Shown: in pieces, positions 51,561 through 60,595 of the stretch
Layout: every line of letters starts with the position of its first letter
How positions within the stretch are numbered: the first letter of the stretch is position 1
Sequence record: MW460245.1
Length of the DNA stretch: 64,000 nucleotides
Strand: one strand, 5' to 3'
Made by a program: the position numbers and the translations under genes
Notes under the pieces: model-generated
Database searches by the model: none
Told to the model about the DNA's origin: nothing
The model's input: only the letters and a program-made list of their open reading frames with translations

Positions 51561-52349
51561 ATGAGCAAGCAACTCCCGATGAACGCACCGATGAACATTT
51601 TCGACTTCAACCGCATCGCTGGTTCGAAGGCGCAGGCGTTCATCGAATCCGGCCTTGGGCTGGATGCGCTGTTCCCGTTCCTCATAAAAGAGATGAACGA
51701 GATGTACAGCCTGCCGATCAACCTCGATCCGACGATCGATTCGGAGGACATTGGTGAATACGCCAGCGTCCGCATTTCGAAGTTCCTCAAAACGCTCCAG
51801 AAGGAAATCGATGAGGGTGTAGAGATCCAAGCCCAGCTGGCATGGTTCGAGAGCTGCATCACGCCGGAAGAAGGCGACGAAGACGTCCCGCTGGCAGGTA
51901 TCCCCGCTGACCTCAAGCTGCTGGCAGCAGGCGAAACGGAGATCAGCTGGGAAGAAGCGCGCCGCCGTATCATCGTCAACGTCGCCGATTGGCTGGGCGA
52001 TATCATCGTCTACTGCCGTTCGGAGGCCCTGAAGTTCGGTCTGCCGCTGGAAGGTGTCCTCAACATCATCATGGGTTCGAACTTCACGAAGCTTGGTGAA
52101 GACGGTCAACCGATCAAGAACGCAGAAGGCAAGGTCGAGAAGGGTCCGAACTTCATCGCACCGGAGCGCGGCATCTACACGATGCTGTTCTCGGCAGATG
52201 AGCTCCTGGAAGAAGCGAATGAACTGGAAGAAGCTGCCAGCAGCCTGCGTGCTATCGCACTGCCGACGCTGACCCGCGAATCGTCGGAAGTCTTCATCGA
52301 CATGGACGAAGAGGACGAGGAAGATGACGACGATTCCTTCCAAGACTGA
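51561..52349 (+). CDS. MazG-like/PRA-PH-type nucleotide pyrophosphohydrolase
   Basis: KEIDEG, DWLGDIIVY, IMGSNFTKL..DG.PI....GKV.KGPNF..PE motifs; acidic tail. Confidence 0.85.
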   Translation: MSKQLPMNAPMNIFDFNRIAGSKAQAFIESGLGLDALFPFLIKEMNEMYSLPINLDPTIDSEDIGEYASVRISKFLKTLQKEIDEGVEIQAQLAWFESCITPEEGDEDVPLAGIPADLKLLAAGETEISWEEARRRIIVNVADWLGDIIVYCRSEALKFGLPLEGVLNIIMGSNFTKLGEDGQPIKNAEGKVEKGPNFIAPERGIYTMLFSADELLEEANELEEAASSLRAIALPTLTRESSEVFIDMDEEDEEDDDDSFQD

Positions 52350-52371
52350 AGGCTAGTTGTCTAGCTTATAA

Positions 52372-52402
52372 AAAAGGCCCGGTCATTGCGATCGGGCCTT
52401 TT
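52372..52402. terminator. bidirectional rho-independent terminator
   Basis: AAAAGGCCCG-loop-CGGGCCTTTT. Confidence 0.8.
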
Positions 52403-52470
52403 CCTTTTGCCTGACGGGATCGCGTGCTTTCGAATTTCAATACTAGAAGTTCGACCCTTTTGGAGTTCAT

Positions 52471-54204
52471 ATGCTCAGTCCTTTGATGGAAGAATTGGCG
52501 GTGCAGCAACCGCCTCAATCGGTGTTTGCTACAGCCGATGAAGCTGTAATGGTAACGGCGAGCCCCCTCGTTAGCCTCATCGAAGCGTGCTACCTGCTTG
52601 TCATCGACTACTTGGAGATGCCGAACAAGCCGGCATTGCCTGATACAGCAGCTGAGATCAAGAAGGTTCTTCCCAAAGCCGTGAAGGTATTCGGTAAGGA
52701 CACTCCTGCTCTGAAGGACAGCGCCGTTGCTGCTATCAGCGGTCGCAGCAAGGCAGAACAGCTTGCGCTCCTCGGTACCGAGATCAAGGATGCGCTGCCT
52801 GTCTACTCCCAGGAAAAGTTCGGCTTCTCGCACGAGGAACTGGAGGTGCTTAAGAGTCTTGCGCACTACCTGCGTACCGATTCGGAGGTAGCACTCAACA
52901 AAATCAAGAAGTATGCGGCAATCACGCGCAACACCTTCATCACGTCCAAGCTGACGCCGAAGGAAGGTTCGCAGAGCGGCGTGCGTTCCCAGCTGGAAGG
53001 TCTTGTGTCTCAGCTGGTTGGCCGCAAGGACGCAGCCCTGACGCCTGAGGAAAGCGCGGTCATCAAGGAGACGCATCCGGAGGCTCACAAGCAATACCTG
53101 GCCCTCCGTCGGAACTTCAACCAAGTCTGGAAGGACTTCGTTGTAGCGTACATCCGCAAGAGTGGTCGTCACCTGATAGGTTACGAGGAGCTCCTCGCCG
53201 CTATGGATCAGATGGGGCTGGATCACCTGCTGTCGAGGGGCTTCACTGGACAGATCGATGACCTGGGACGGCTCTATACGGTCAACGACGAGCTCATCGA
53301 CGGCGCACCGAACGCGGTTACGTTCCCCTCTGTCGTGATGAACAAGGCTTACGGCAAGCCGGGTGGTGGTGACTGGATCATGAAGGCTATTCGTGCAGAC
53401 GGCACGGACGGCCCCTATTACTACACCAGCACCTTCAAGAAAGGGCAGGCGAAGGCAAAGTTCGAACGTGTGGCCTTGTTCTCGAACAAGATCGATGGCA
53501 TGCGGAAGAAATGGTTCGCTGAGGTCAAGAAGTTCGATCCGGAGAACATCAAAAGCGTGTGTGCGGTGATCCTCGAGATCCTGTACACCTTCAGTGCTCG
53601 CGTAGGCTCAGCCAAGAACGCCACAGAAGGTTCGCCGACCTTCGGCATCTCGACGTTGCTGGTGAAGCACGTCAAGGTCGATCCGAACGGCAACTACCTG
53701 CTGACCTACAAAGGTAAGGGTGGCGTGGCAACGAAGCACCGCATCATGAAGACTGATCCAGAGCTCAAGTTCGTCGCGAAGGCCCTGGACTTCCTCATCG
53801 CAGACAAGGCTCCGAACGAGCCAGTGTTCACCATTCCGTCGAACCGCGGCTATTCGCTGGTAGGTGCGGCGAAGGTCAACGCGTACTTCAAGGCTCTAGG
53901 CGCTGGTGACGTTACGGTGCACAAGCTCAGAACGCTTCGTGGTACGCGCCTGTTCCAGGAACTGAGCCAGAAGTATCACGACACTGGCAAGCGTCCACGC
54001 AACGACAAGGAAGCACTGGCCATCCTCAACAAAATGGCTATGGAAGTCGGTAAGGCCTTGAACCACGTGCGAAACACCGCAGCTGGTACGAAGGTCACAG
54101 GGGCAACGGCTCTCGCCAACTATATCGACCCGACGTGCGTGGTTGAATTGTTCCGATCCTGGGATTTAAGGCCGCCAAAATTTCTTGCCCGTTTTGATGT
54201 GTGA
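52471..54204 (+). CDS. type IB DNA topoisomerase with long N-terminal extension
   Basis: Catalytic set ARVG (R), YKGK (K), HKLRT (R), LNH, ANYIDP (Y). Confidence 0.85.
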   Translation: MLSPLMEELAVQQPPQSVFATADEAVMVTASPLVSLIEACYLLVIDYLEMPNKPALPDTAAEIKKVLPKAVKVFGKDTPALKDSAVAAISGRSKAEQLALLGTEIKDALPVYSQEKFGFSHEELEVLKSLAHYLRTDSEVALNKIKKYAAITRNTFITSKLTPKEGSQSGVRSQLEGLVSQLVGRKDAALTPEESAVIKETHPEAHKQYLALRRNFNQVWKDFVVAYIRKSGRHLIGYEELLAAMDQMGLDHLLSRGFTGQIDDLGRLYTVNDELIDGAPNAVTFPSVVMNKAYGKPGGGDWIMKAIRADGTDGPYYYTSTFKKGQAKAKFERVALFSNKIDGMRKKWFAEVKKFDPENIKSVCAVILEILYTFSARVGSAKNATEGSPTFGISTLLVKHVKVDPNGNYLLTYKGKGGVATKHRIMKTDPELKFVAKALDFLIADKAPNEPVFTIPSNRGYSLVGAAKVNAYFKALGAGDVTVHKLRTLRGTRLFQELSQKYHDTGKRPRNDKEALAILNKMAMEVGKALNHVRNTAAGTKVTGATALANYIDPTCVVELFRSWDLRPPKFLARFDV

Positions 54205-55075
54205 CGATTACTACTGCTATGTCTTGCTAGACCCACGAAAACCAGGAAAGTTCAAGTACGGTTCCCTGGTGTTCAACCACGAACCTTTCTACGTGGGTAA
54301 AGGCAAACGGCGTCGGTGCACCTCCCATATCCGTTCTGCAAAGAAAGGTAAATGTTTGGACGGTAACCGACATAAATTCAACAAGATTCGAAGCATTCTT
54401 CGTGCGGGCTCGGAGGTAATAGTCCAGAAGTCGGCTAATACCTCAACCGAGGAACGTGCGCTGGCAGCAGAGCAGCGTATGATACGCGCTATTGGTCGTT
54501 CTGATCTTGGCGAAGGGCCGCTGACAAACCTTAGCGACGGTGGCGAGGATCAGGCTAACCTTAGCGAAAAGGTTCGGCGTAAGATTGCTCGCACCTCCAA
54601 AAGGAATTGGAATGCTTTAACAGACGAGGAGAAGGCACAGTTTTCTGCCAGTGTCGGTAAGGCTGCAAAAGCTGCGTGGGAAGCCTGCTCAGAAACAGAA
54701 AAGGCTAAACGCATTGCTAAGGCAAAGGCCGGTATTCACGCTATGTCACCCGAAGCAAAAGTGGCAGCAGGCAAACGTAAGAGCAAAGGGTTGAAACAGT
54801 ATTGGTCAGAGTTATCTGAAAGTGAGCGGTCTAAGGTTCTAGCTGCACGTCGGGCTGGAAAAACTGAAGAGTCACGTCGGCAGCAGTCAGAGCAACACAA
54901 AGGCTGGAATGCCCGACGCTCTCCAGAAGAACAAGCCCTCACCTCTAAAAGGATGACAAAAGCCTGGAAGAACCGTAAGCCTAAGACCTGCCCTCATTGC
55001 GATACCTCTAGTGTCAACTACGCCAATCTGACTCGCTGGCACTTCGACAACTGCAAGCATCGGAGAAAGAAATGA
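54197..55075 (+). mobile_element. free-standing GIY-YIG-family homing endonuclease
   Basis: YCYVLLDPR...PFYVGKG...R...H, E..A...EQ..I, LTNLSDGGE, basic helical repeats, C-terminal CPHC...RWHFDNCK; more AT-rich codons; overlaps the topoisomerase stop. Confidence 0.8.
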
Positions 55076-55203
55076 AAGTTCCGCGCCTCACAACTGCTGA
55101 GAAATGGTTCCTTGCTGTAGTCTTGGTCATGGCCACTACGTCAGCAGGCTCGAACAGCACCACGCCGCAGAAGGCACATCAACAGAGTGCTCAGACCAAA
55201 TGA
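55072..55203 (+). CDS. 43-aa ORF with signal-peptide-like N-terminus (not in ORF track)
   Basis: ATGA overlaps at both ends; MKVPRLTTAEKWFLAVVLVMA... Confidence 0.45.
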   Translation: MKVPRLTTAEKWFLAVVLVMATTSAGSNSTTPQKAHQQSAQTK

Positions 55204-56549
55204 CAGTTCTCCAAATGAAAATCCCATTCGACCTCAAGGCGTACTTGGTCGAGGCGGCACGGGCCGATGAGAAGCAAGCCTTCGAGTTCCTGAAGGCCAA
55301 TGGTTTCACCGGCCTTGTGCGCAAGAAGGACATCGAGAACCGAATGACGTTCGGTTACAAGGACTTCAACGCCCGACACCTGACGCAATACCTCGGTGCG
55401 CCAAAGGCTGGCGCCTCTGCCATTACCTGGAACGTAGGGAAGGCCGGCACGCTGACTGTCTTCCCGAAACGTAAGATCGTTGCCCTCATCAACAAGGGTG
55501 GTGCCGGCAGCCAAATGCCTGACATCAAGCCGATCGACACGCACGTTCCTGAAGAGCACGATGCTCCGGAAACACCGGCACCACGCACACCGAAGGCACC
55601 GAAAGTTCCGGTTAAGAAGCCTGCACCTCCCACGCCTCCGCAACAGCCTGAAAAGAAACTCCCGCCTGCGCTGGATCCGAATGTTCCGGGTGCGAAGGAT
55701 AACGACGATGCAGGTGTGCCGCATGTCGCCGTCCCTGCCAACCTCATCAAGCAATACGAGTGGGCACAGGACGATCCGCAGAATACGGCATTTCGCCTGA
55801 AGTTCATGAAGGCCCTGTGGCAGCACTTCAATGCGGCGAAATTCCATGGTGCTCTGCAGGAACCGCGATTCGGCCTGATGAAGAATATGGCAGCGCATAA
55901 GATGCGTGTTCGTGGTCGTTGGTGGCCTCTCTACCACAGGTTGGAAATGGCACCGCGTATCTTCAACGCCTCGCCAGCCTTCTTCTTCGAAATCTTCCTG
56001 CATGAAATGTGCCATCAGGCGGTCACGCAGGTCGATAAGATGGACAACGATCCGCATGAGCGTGCTAACAAGGGTCACGGCCGTTACTGGCAGGCGTGGA
56101 TGAAGAAGGTCGGCCTGAACCCCTCGCGGTTCGATCCGAACGACAACTCCACGTACCTGAACAAGGAAGAGCGGGAAGCGCACGACAAGAAGCTCCAGAA
56201 GCTGGAGCAGGACAAGGCAGCAGTGAAGCTGGAACCGATGCACGTCTCAACACGTAGCGCGGGTCAGGAAGTGACGGTTCAGTGGAACAACGAGCTACTG
56301 CACGGTCTGACTGCAGGTGAAGGCAAGAAAGGCGCGCTCGCATTCGTGGACTACAAGGAACCCTATGGTACAGGGTTCAAGCTGGTTAGACCTCAGAACA
56401 TATTCAAGTATGTTGGTCCCCAGCAACCTGAGAACGTGAAGCTTGCGGCTGAGGAGAAGGTCAAGAAGATCCTGGCCTACTACCAGCAGAAGAAAGAGAT
56501 GCGGCAGATCAATCGCCTGATTCGTCAGCGCGACCGCTATGGCTTCTAA
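55200..56549 (+). CDS. SprT-like zinc metalloprotease, multidomain
   Basis: F..FN...F...L..P, HEMCH (HExxH), GHGRYWQAWM..VG; Pro/Lys-rich linker. Confidence 0.85.
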   Translation: MTVLQMKIPFDLKAYLVEAARADEKQAFEFLKANGFTGLVRKKDIENRMTFGYKDFNARHLTQYLGAPKAGASAITWNVGKAGTLTVFPKRKIVALINKGGAGSQMPDIKPIDTHVPEEHDAPETPAPRTPKAPKVPVKKPAPPTPPQQPEKKLPPALDPNVPGAKDNDDAGVPHVAVPANLIKQYEWAQDDPQNTAFRLKFMKALWQHFNAAKFHGALQEPRFGLMKNMAAHKMRVRGRWWPLYHRLEMAPRIFNASPAFFFEIFLHEMCHQAVTQVDKMDNDPHERANKGHGRYWQAWMKKVGLNPSRFDPNDNSTYLNKEEREAHDKKLQKLEQDKAAVKLEPMHVSTRSAGQEVTVQWNNELLHGLTAGEGKKGALAFVDYKEPYGTGFKLVRPQNIFKYVGPQQPENVKLAAEEKVKKILAYYQQKKEMRQINRLIRQRDRYGF

Positions 56550-56558
56550 GGAGTGATA

Positions 56559-58103
56559 ATGAGAACAAAGGCCGGCAGCACTACGCAGCCGGTCCTTAAT
56601 CCAGCCGGCAAGGATCTGGATCTAAAGGACCTTGAGAAGGACTTCATGTGGGGCGTGCCTCAGAACACGCCCTCTTTCCACGCTGCAAAGCCTAACAACG
56701 TGACCAACAAGAGCGTGTTCATCATGCTCTACTGCACAGGGACAGGTCGCTATCTCTTCTGCCGTCGTTCGGAAGAAGTTGACGCCCCTCACACCTGGAG
56801 TTTCTTTGGTGGCGGCGTGGACGCAGGTGAGAACCTGAAGCAGGCAGCAGTGCGCGAGCTCTTAGAGGAGGGTCAGCTTTCCTTCAATCCGCACATGAGC
56901 GTCGACCTGTTCGCTCTGAAGAAGGATGGTCATACCTTCTACACCATCCTCGGCTTCGTACCGAATGAAGAGACTCCCGTCCTCAATTGGGAGAACGATG
57001 CCTTCAAATGGGTCAAGTACGGCCGGTGGCCTGCGCCTCTGCACCCTGGCGTTACGCGGATGTTCGCGAACCCGAAGGTGTTGCAGAAGATTCGCCAGTT
57101 CGCCAGCACGAATGTTGAGACGCGTGCAGCTATCACCGCAGCGCTAAAGGTGACCGCGAAGGAAGGTGAATGGTTCTACAGCATGCCTCCAGAGATGCAG
57201 AAGCAATACGTGGAAGAGCATCCGGATAGCAAATACGCCAAGGACTACAAGGCGAAGCAGGATCAGAAAAAGCTGCCTGCACCGAAGAAGGAGAAACCTG
57301 ACGCTGAGGACGTGAAGTTCAAGGAACGTCAGGAACCTCCTGGGCGTCCGAAGCCAAAGCAATCCATCGTGCAGAAGTCTTTGAAGTCCATCGCCAAGCT
57401 CCCCAAGCAACTCCAGCAATTCGTGAAGACCGGCGGTACTAAGGCTTCCAGCGCAGCACGGAAGGTTACTGGCAATGCTGTTGTGAAAGGTAGCGCTAAG
57501 GTAACCAAAGGTATGCTCAAGGATACTGCAGGCGTTCTGAAGGGTGCCAATAGCGTTGCGCATAGCCTCACAGGCGGCGGCACGCGTGATGACTGGAAAG
57601 CCGCTGCAAAGCTTGGCATGACCATCCTTGCTTCAGGTGCTCTGGCCTCTGCATTCGCAGCCTCAGGTCCTGCTGGCTTCATGGCTCTGATGGCTCTGAA
57701 ACACATCGGTGCACCTGCGATGGGCAACATCGTAAAGAGCGCCTGGAAGAGCATCACGGAGCCTTCCGATGAACCTGTGAAGTACGAAAGCAGCCCTGGA
57801 TGGCAGCAGGCGGGCCATGAGGGTGTCAGTCAGTACGGCTACTGGAAGGATCGCAACACCTGGGTCAACGAGACCAAGGAGGAGTGGGAAGCCGCCTACG
57901 AGGAGCGTGAGGAGTCTGCTGACGAATTCAAACCTGTAGGTGCAGCTACGGTAGCTGATGGTAAGGCTGTGTCACCTGAGCAATTCATCGAGGCAATCGT
58001 CAAACAACTCGGTGAAGTCGCTGCGAATGGTTACATCGATGACGAAACCTGGGCTAAGGCAATCGAACAGGCAGGTCAACAAGGCAACAAGGAGGCAGAA
58101 TGA
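56559..58103 (+). CDS. Nudix hydrolase domain fused to large extra domains (possible virion protein)
   Basis: GGGVDAGENLKQAAVRELLEEG perfect Nudix box; WEND.F.W...P.PLHPG; later Lys-rich and hydrophobic regions. Confidence 0.85.
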   Translation: MRTKAGSTTQPVLNPAGKDLDLKDLEKDFMWGVPQNTPSFHAAKPNNVTNKSVFIMLYCTGTGRYLFCRRSEEVDAPHTWSFFGGGVDAGENLKQAAVRELLEEGQLSFNPHMSVDLFALKKDGHTFYTILGFVPNEETPVLNWENDAFKWVKYGRWPAPLHPGVTRMFANPKVLQKIRQFASTNVETRAAITAALKVTAKEGEWFYSMPPEMQKQYVEEHPDSKYAKDYKAKQDQKKLPAPKKEKPDAEDVKFKERQEPPGRPKPKQSIVQKSLKSIAKLPKQLQQFVKTGGTKASSAARKVTGNAVVKGSAKVTKGMLKDTAGVLKGANSVAHSLTGGGTRDDWKAAAKLGMTILASGALASAFAASGPAGFMALMALKHIGAPAMGNIVKSAWKSITEPSDEPVKYESSPGWQQAGHEGVSQYGYWKDRNTWVNETKEEWEAAYEEREESADEFKPVGAATVADGKAVSPEQFIEAIVKQLGEVAANGYIDDETWAKAIEQAGQQGNKEAE

Positions 58104-58732
58104 GTTTCTTGCGATACTGGCGGTATCCGTTCTACGTGATGTTGGACCTGGTATTCCTGTTCCTCACGGTCGTAGTCTTCAACTGGTGGATCGTTTTCTT
58201 CACCGTGTCGGCTGACAACAACGAGTACCTGAAACGCAAGGGCTATCGTAATTGCGAGATGCTACCTTGGTGGCTCAAGTGGTTCGATACCTTTGACGCT
58301 TCGACCGACGAGTACTGGTACGGGAACTACTACAACGAGGACAAGTCAGTGCCTAACCCCTACGGTCCGGACAACCCTCCGCCGTTCTGGCTACGCAAGT
58401 GGTACCAGATCAAATGGCTGTACCGCAATCCGATGTACGGCTTCTCGTACTGGGTGACCGGCATCAAGTTCGACGCTTCACAATGGGACTACCTGTACGA
58501 TCCAGTGACCAAAGAATTTCATGCACATGACAGCAGTGGTCACTTCACGATCATGAAGGATGGACTCCTCACTCAGAAGCTAGGGTGGAAGACGTGGGGT
58601 TACTTCGATAACGCGAACCTGCAGTGGCGTGAAGGCTGGTCATGGGGTCCTGAAATGCGTGCGCCTCTCGGCTTTACACCGCTGATGGGTCGCAATCTGT
58701 CCAACATATGGAAGAAACTCTTCGGAGGCTGA
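58100..58732 (+). CDS. conserved-type phage membrane-associated protein
   Basis: N-terminal TM; LPWWLKWFDT.D...D, WLYRNPMYGF motif. Confidence 0.75.
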   Translation: MSFLRYWRYPFYVMLDLVFLFLTVVVFNWWIVFFTVSADNNEYLKRKGYRNCEMLPWWLKWFDTFDASTDEYWYGNYYNEDKSVPNPYGPDNPPPFWLRKWYQIKWLYRNPMYGFSYWVTGIKFDASQWDYLYDPVTKEFHAHDSSGHFTIMKDGLLTQKLGWKTWGYFDNANLQWREGWSWGPEMRAPLGFTPLMGRNLSNIWKKLFGG

Positions 58733-58733
58733 A

Positions 58734-59366
58734 ATGCCGAGTAACCAAATTAAGCACGACGTGAAGGAAGGAAAAGGGACTAAGAAGTCCTTGGAAAAGA
58801 AGTGGAACCGTGCCGAAAAGATCGGCAAGAAGGGTGCGAAGGACAAGAAGAATCCGTGGCCGCTGGTACAGCACATCTACCAGAACATGCGTGATTCGAA
58901 GAAGGCTAGTGTTCAGGCTGGCACTCGCCTTCAATTGAGTGCAGCTCTTGCCTGCGCAGGCTGCGGTCTGGTAGCTTGCGACTGCGATCCGAACTCGACG
59001 ATTCAGCCTACCAGCACGCCGAATGACCGTGAACCTGCTATCTTCGTTGGTGAGGCGGATGACATCGCAGCTCCCGGCTATCGTGGCTACAGTGGTGAAT
59101 CTGAGACAGACATCGGTGGTCCGAAAGAGTTGATGGCGGATACCTTCGAAGGCTTCATCAACAGCCTGCAGTTCGACTATGACCGCCCTGATGGCGCCAA
59201 CTTCGTCATCGTTGACGCGCCTGTATCGCAGGTTCACCAGAAGCTCATAGACTTCGGTTGGGGCATGGCGAAGCGTAACGACAAGCACATCATGGCGAAA
59301 GGTCAGCACTCTGTAGAGCTACAGAAGGCTGACGGTGGCCGCACCAAGATCATCGACGTTGCCTGA
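58734..59366 (+). CDS. hypothetical protein with Lys-rich N-domain
   Basis: Internal VQAGTRLQL (58911-58937), then CAGC...CDC. Confidence 0.75.
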   Translation: MPSNQIKHDVKEGKGTKKSLEKKWNRAEKIGKKGAKDKKNPWPLVQHIYQNMRDSKKASVQAGTRLQLSAALACAGCGLVACDCDPNSTIQPTSTPNDREPAIFVGEADDIAAPGYRGYSGESETDIGGPKELMADTFEGFINSLQFDYDRPDGANFVIVDAPVSQVHQKLIDFGWGMAKRNDKHIMAKGQHSVELQKADGGRTKIIDVA

Positions 59367-59373
59367 GGACATC

Positions 59374-59676
59374 ATGAGAATCGAAGCAGCAAAGCGCCTG
59401 AAGGCAGACACGAATCCGGACGAACTCATCGTAGGTGACGAGCGGATCGACAAGATCAAGGACGCTATGCACCTGATCGACCGCACTATGAAGGTGCCGA
59501 TGGAGGAACTGGATGGTGCGCACGTTCTGGTCGAATTTCAAGGTAAGGCAGAAGCAGACCTCGGGGCGGCAGACCTTCGCCGTCTCGAGACTGTTGTGTC
59601 CATGACGAAGGCTAGGTTCTCCATCCGTTGTGAGGGTGGGAAGCTGGTCTACACCTTCGAACTCGACCGACACTAA
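59374..59676 (+). CDS. hypothetical protein with MRIEAAKRLKA N-terminus
   Basis: GAGGA RBS. Confidence 0.8.
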   Translation: MRIEAAKRLKADTNPDELIVGDERIDKIKDAMHLIDRTMKVPMEELDGAHVLVEFQGKAEADLGAADLRRLETVVSMTKARFSIRCEGGKLVYTFELDRH

Positions 59677-59677
59677 G

Positions 59678-60046
59678 ATGAAGATTCAAGCAGCCACACG
59701 CCTCAAAGCCTACCAGCTCATCGCCAAAGAACAGGTTGAGAGCATCACTGTCGAAGGTCTTGCGACGTCCCTCCTGAAGAAGTTCGGTGGGGACCTGACG
59801 GAAAAGAAGCACAATGGCACTCAGTTGACCTATGGTATCGATATCCGAGGCGAGGACATGCGCCCGAAGATTGTCGAATTCCTGGATCGCCTGGGTCTGT
59901 CCCGCGTAGGTAAGATGAACGGTATCATCGATGTCTACCCTCGCCGTTACGTAAGCTCTCGAATCAAGATTGTACGCCTCACCTACGAAAGTGGTGACGT
60001 GTGCATCGAGATCCAAGGCACCCTCGACATGATCCAACAAGGTTAA
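59678..60046 (+). CDS. hypothetical protein with MKIQAATRLKA N-terminus
   Basis: Starts 1 bp after the upstream stop. Confidence 0.8.
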   Translation: MKIQAATRLKAYQLIAKEQVESITVEGLATSLLKKFGGDLTEKKHNGTQLTYGIDIRGEDMRPKIVEFLDRLGLSRVGKMNGIIDVYPRRYVSSRIKIVRLTYESGDVCIEIQGTLDMIQQG

Positions 60047-60057
60047 AGGAAACCTCA

Positions 60058-60549
60058 ATGAAGATCGAAGCAGCCGCACGCCTTCAGGCGTCTCATCTTC
60101 TGGAAGCTGACGCACACGATGAGCTGAGTGCCCTGTATGGCCTCTACCAGAACCGCATGAAGGGGAAAGGTAAGCCATCCAAGATGGGCCAGTGGCAAGA
60201 AGTTTCGTGGCACCTCGGTAACAACCGTGGTAAGTTCCTCGAGTTCGCTGTCACGTACAACACGAAGACCGGCGAGATCGCACTGGTCTACCACGGTCTT
60301 CTCGGTGACGTGAAGGCAAAGGGCACTGACGCTAAGAAGATCCAAAAGGACTTCGAACGTCAGGCGAACAAGTGGCTCAACAGCGGTGACGCCTCGACCG
60401 AGGATCGTGAGAACCTCGACAAGGTCCTTGGTAAGGCAGCCCACCACTACGATGAAGACGATGAGGACGAACTCGATCGTCGCGGTGGCGGTGGCCGTGC
60501 AGGTCCCGCATCGCGGCGCAAAGGTCTTGGCGGCCGTGGCCGCTGGTAA
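60058..60549 (+). CDS. hypothetical protein with MKIEAAARLQA N-terminus and acidic/RGG tail
   Basis: AAAGGA RBS; ends DEDDEDELDRRGGGGRAG...GGRGRW. Confidence 0.8.
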   Translation: MKIEAAARLQASHLLEADAHDELSALYGLYQNRMKGKGKPSKMGQWQEVSWHLGNNRGKFLEFAVTYNTKTGEIALVYHGLLGDVKAKGTDAKKIQKDFERQANKWLNSGDASTEDRENLDKVLGKAAHHYDEDDEDELDRRGGGGRAGPASRRKGLGGRGRW

Positions 60550-60559
60550 AGCTTAAGCA

Positions 60560-60566
60560 GTAAATA
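60560..60566 (+). promoter_or_regulatory. putative late promoter
   Basis: CAGTAAATAG intergenic. Confidence 0.5.
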
Positions 60567-60595
60567 GGGTGCATGATCCACTCGCCAATAGTGTC

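Noticed and set aside
54197-55075. Group I intron interrupting the topoisomerase
   Set aside because: The TopIB frame is complete through the catalytic Tyr and ends naturally. There is no flanking non-coding space for intron core elements, so the endonuclease is free-standing.
55104-55199. Upstream extension of the SprT ORF given in the track
   Set aside because: It overlaps a coupled 43-aa ORF in another frame. ATGA coupling supports a start at 55200.
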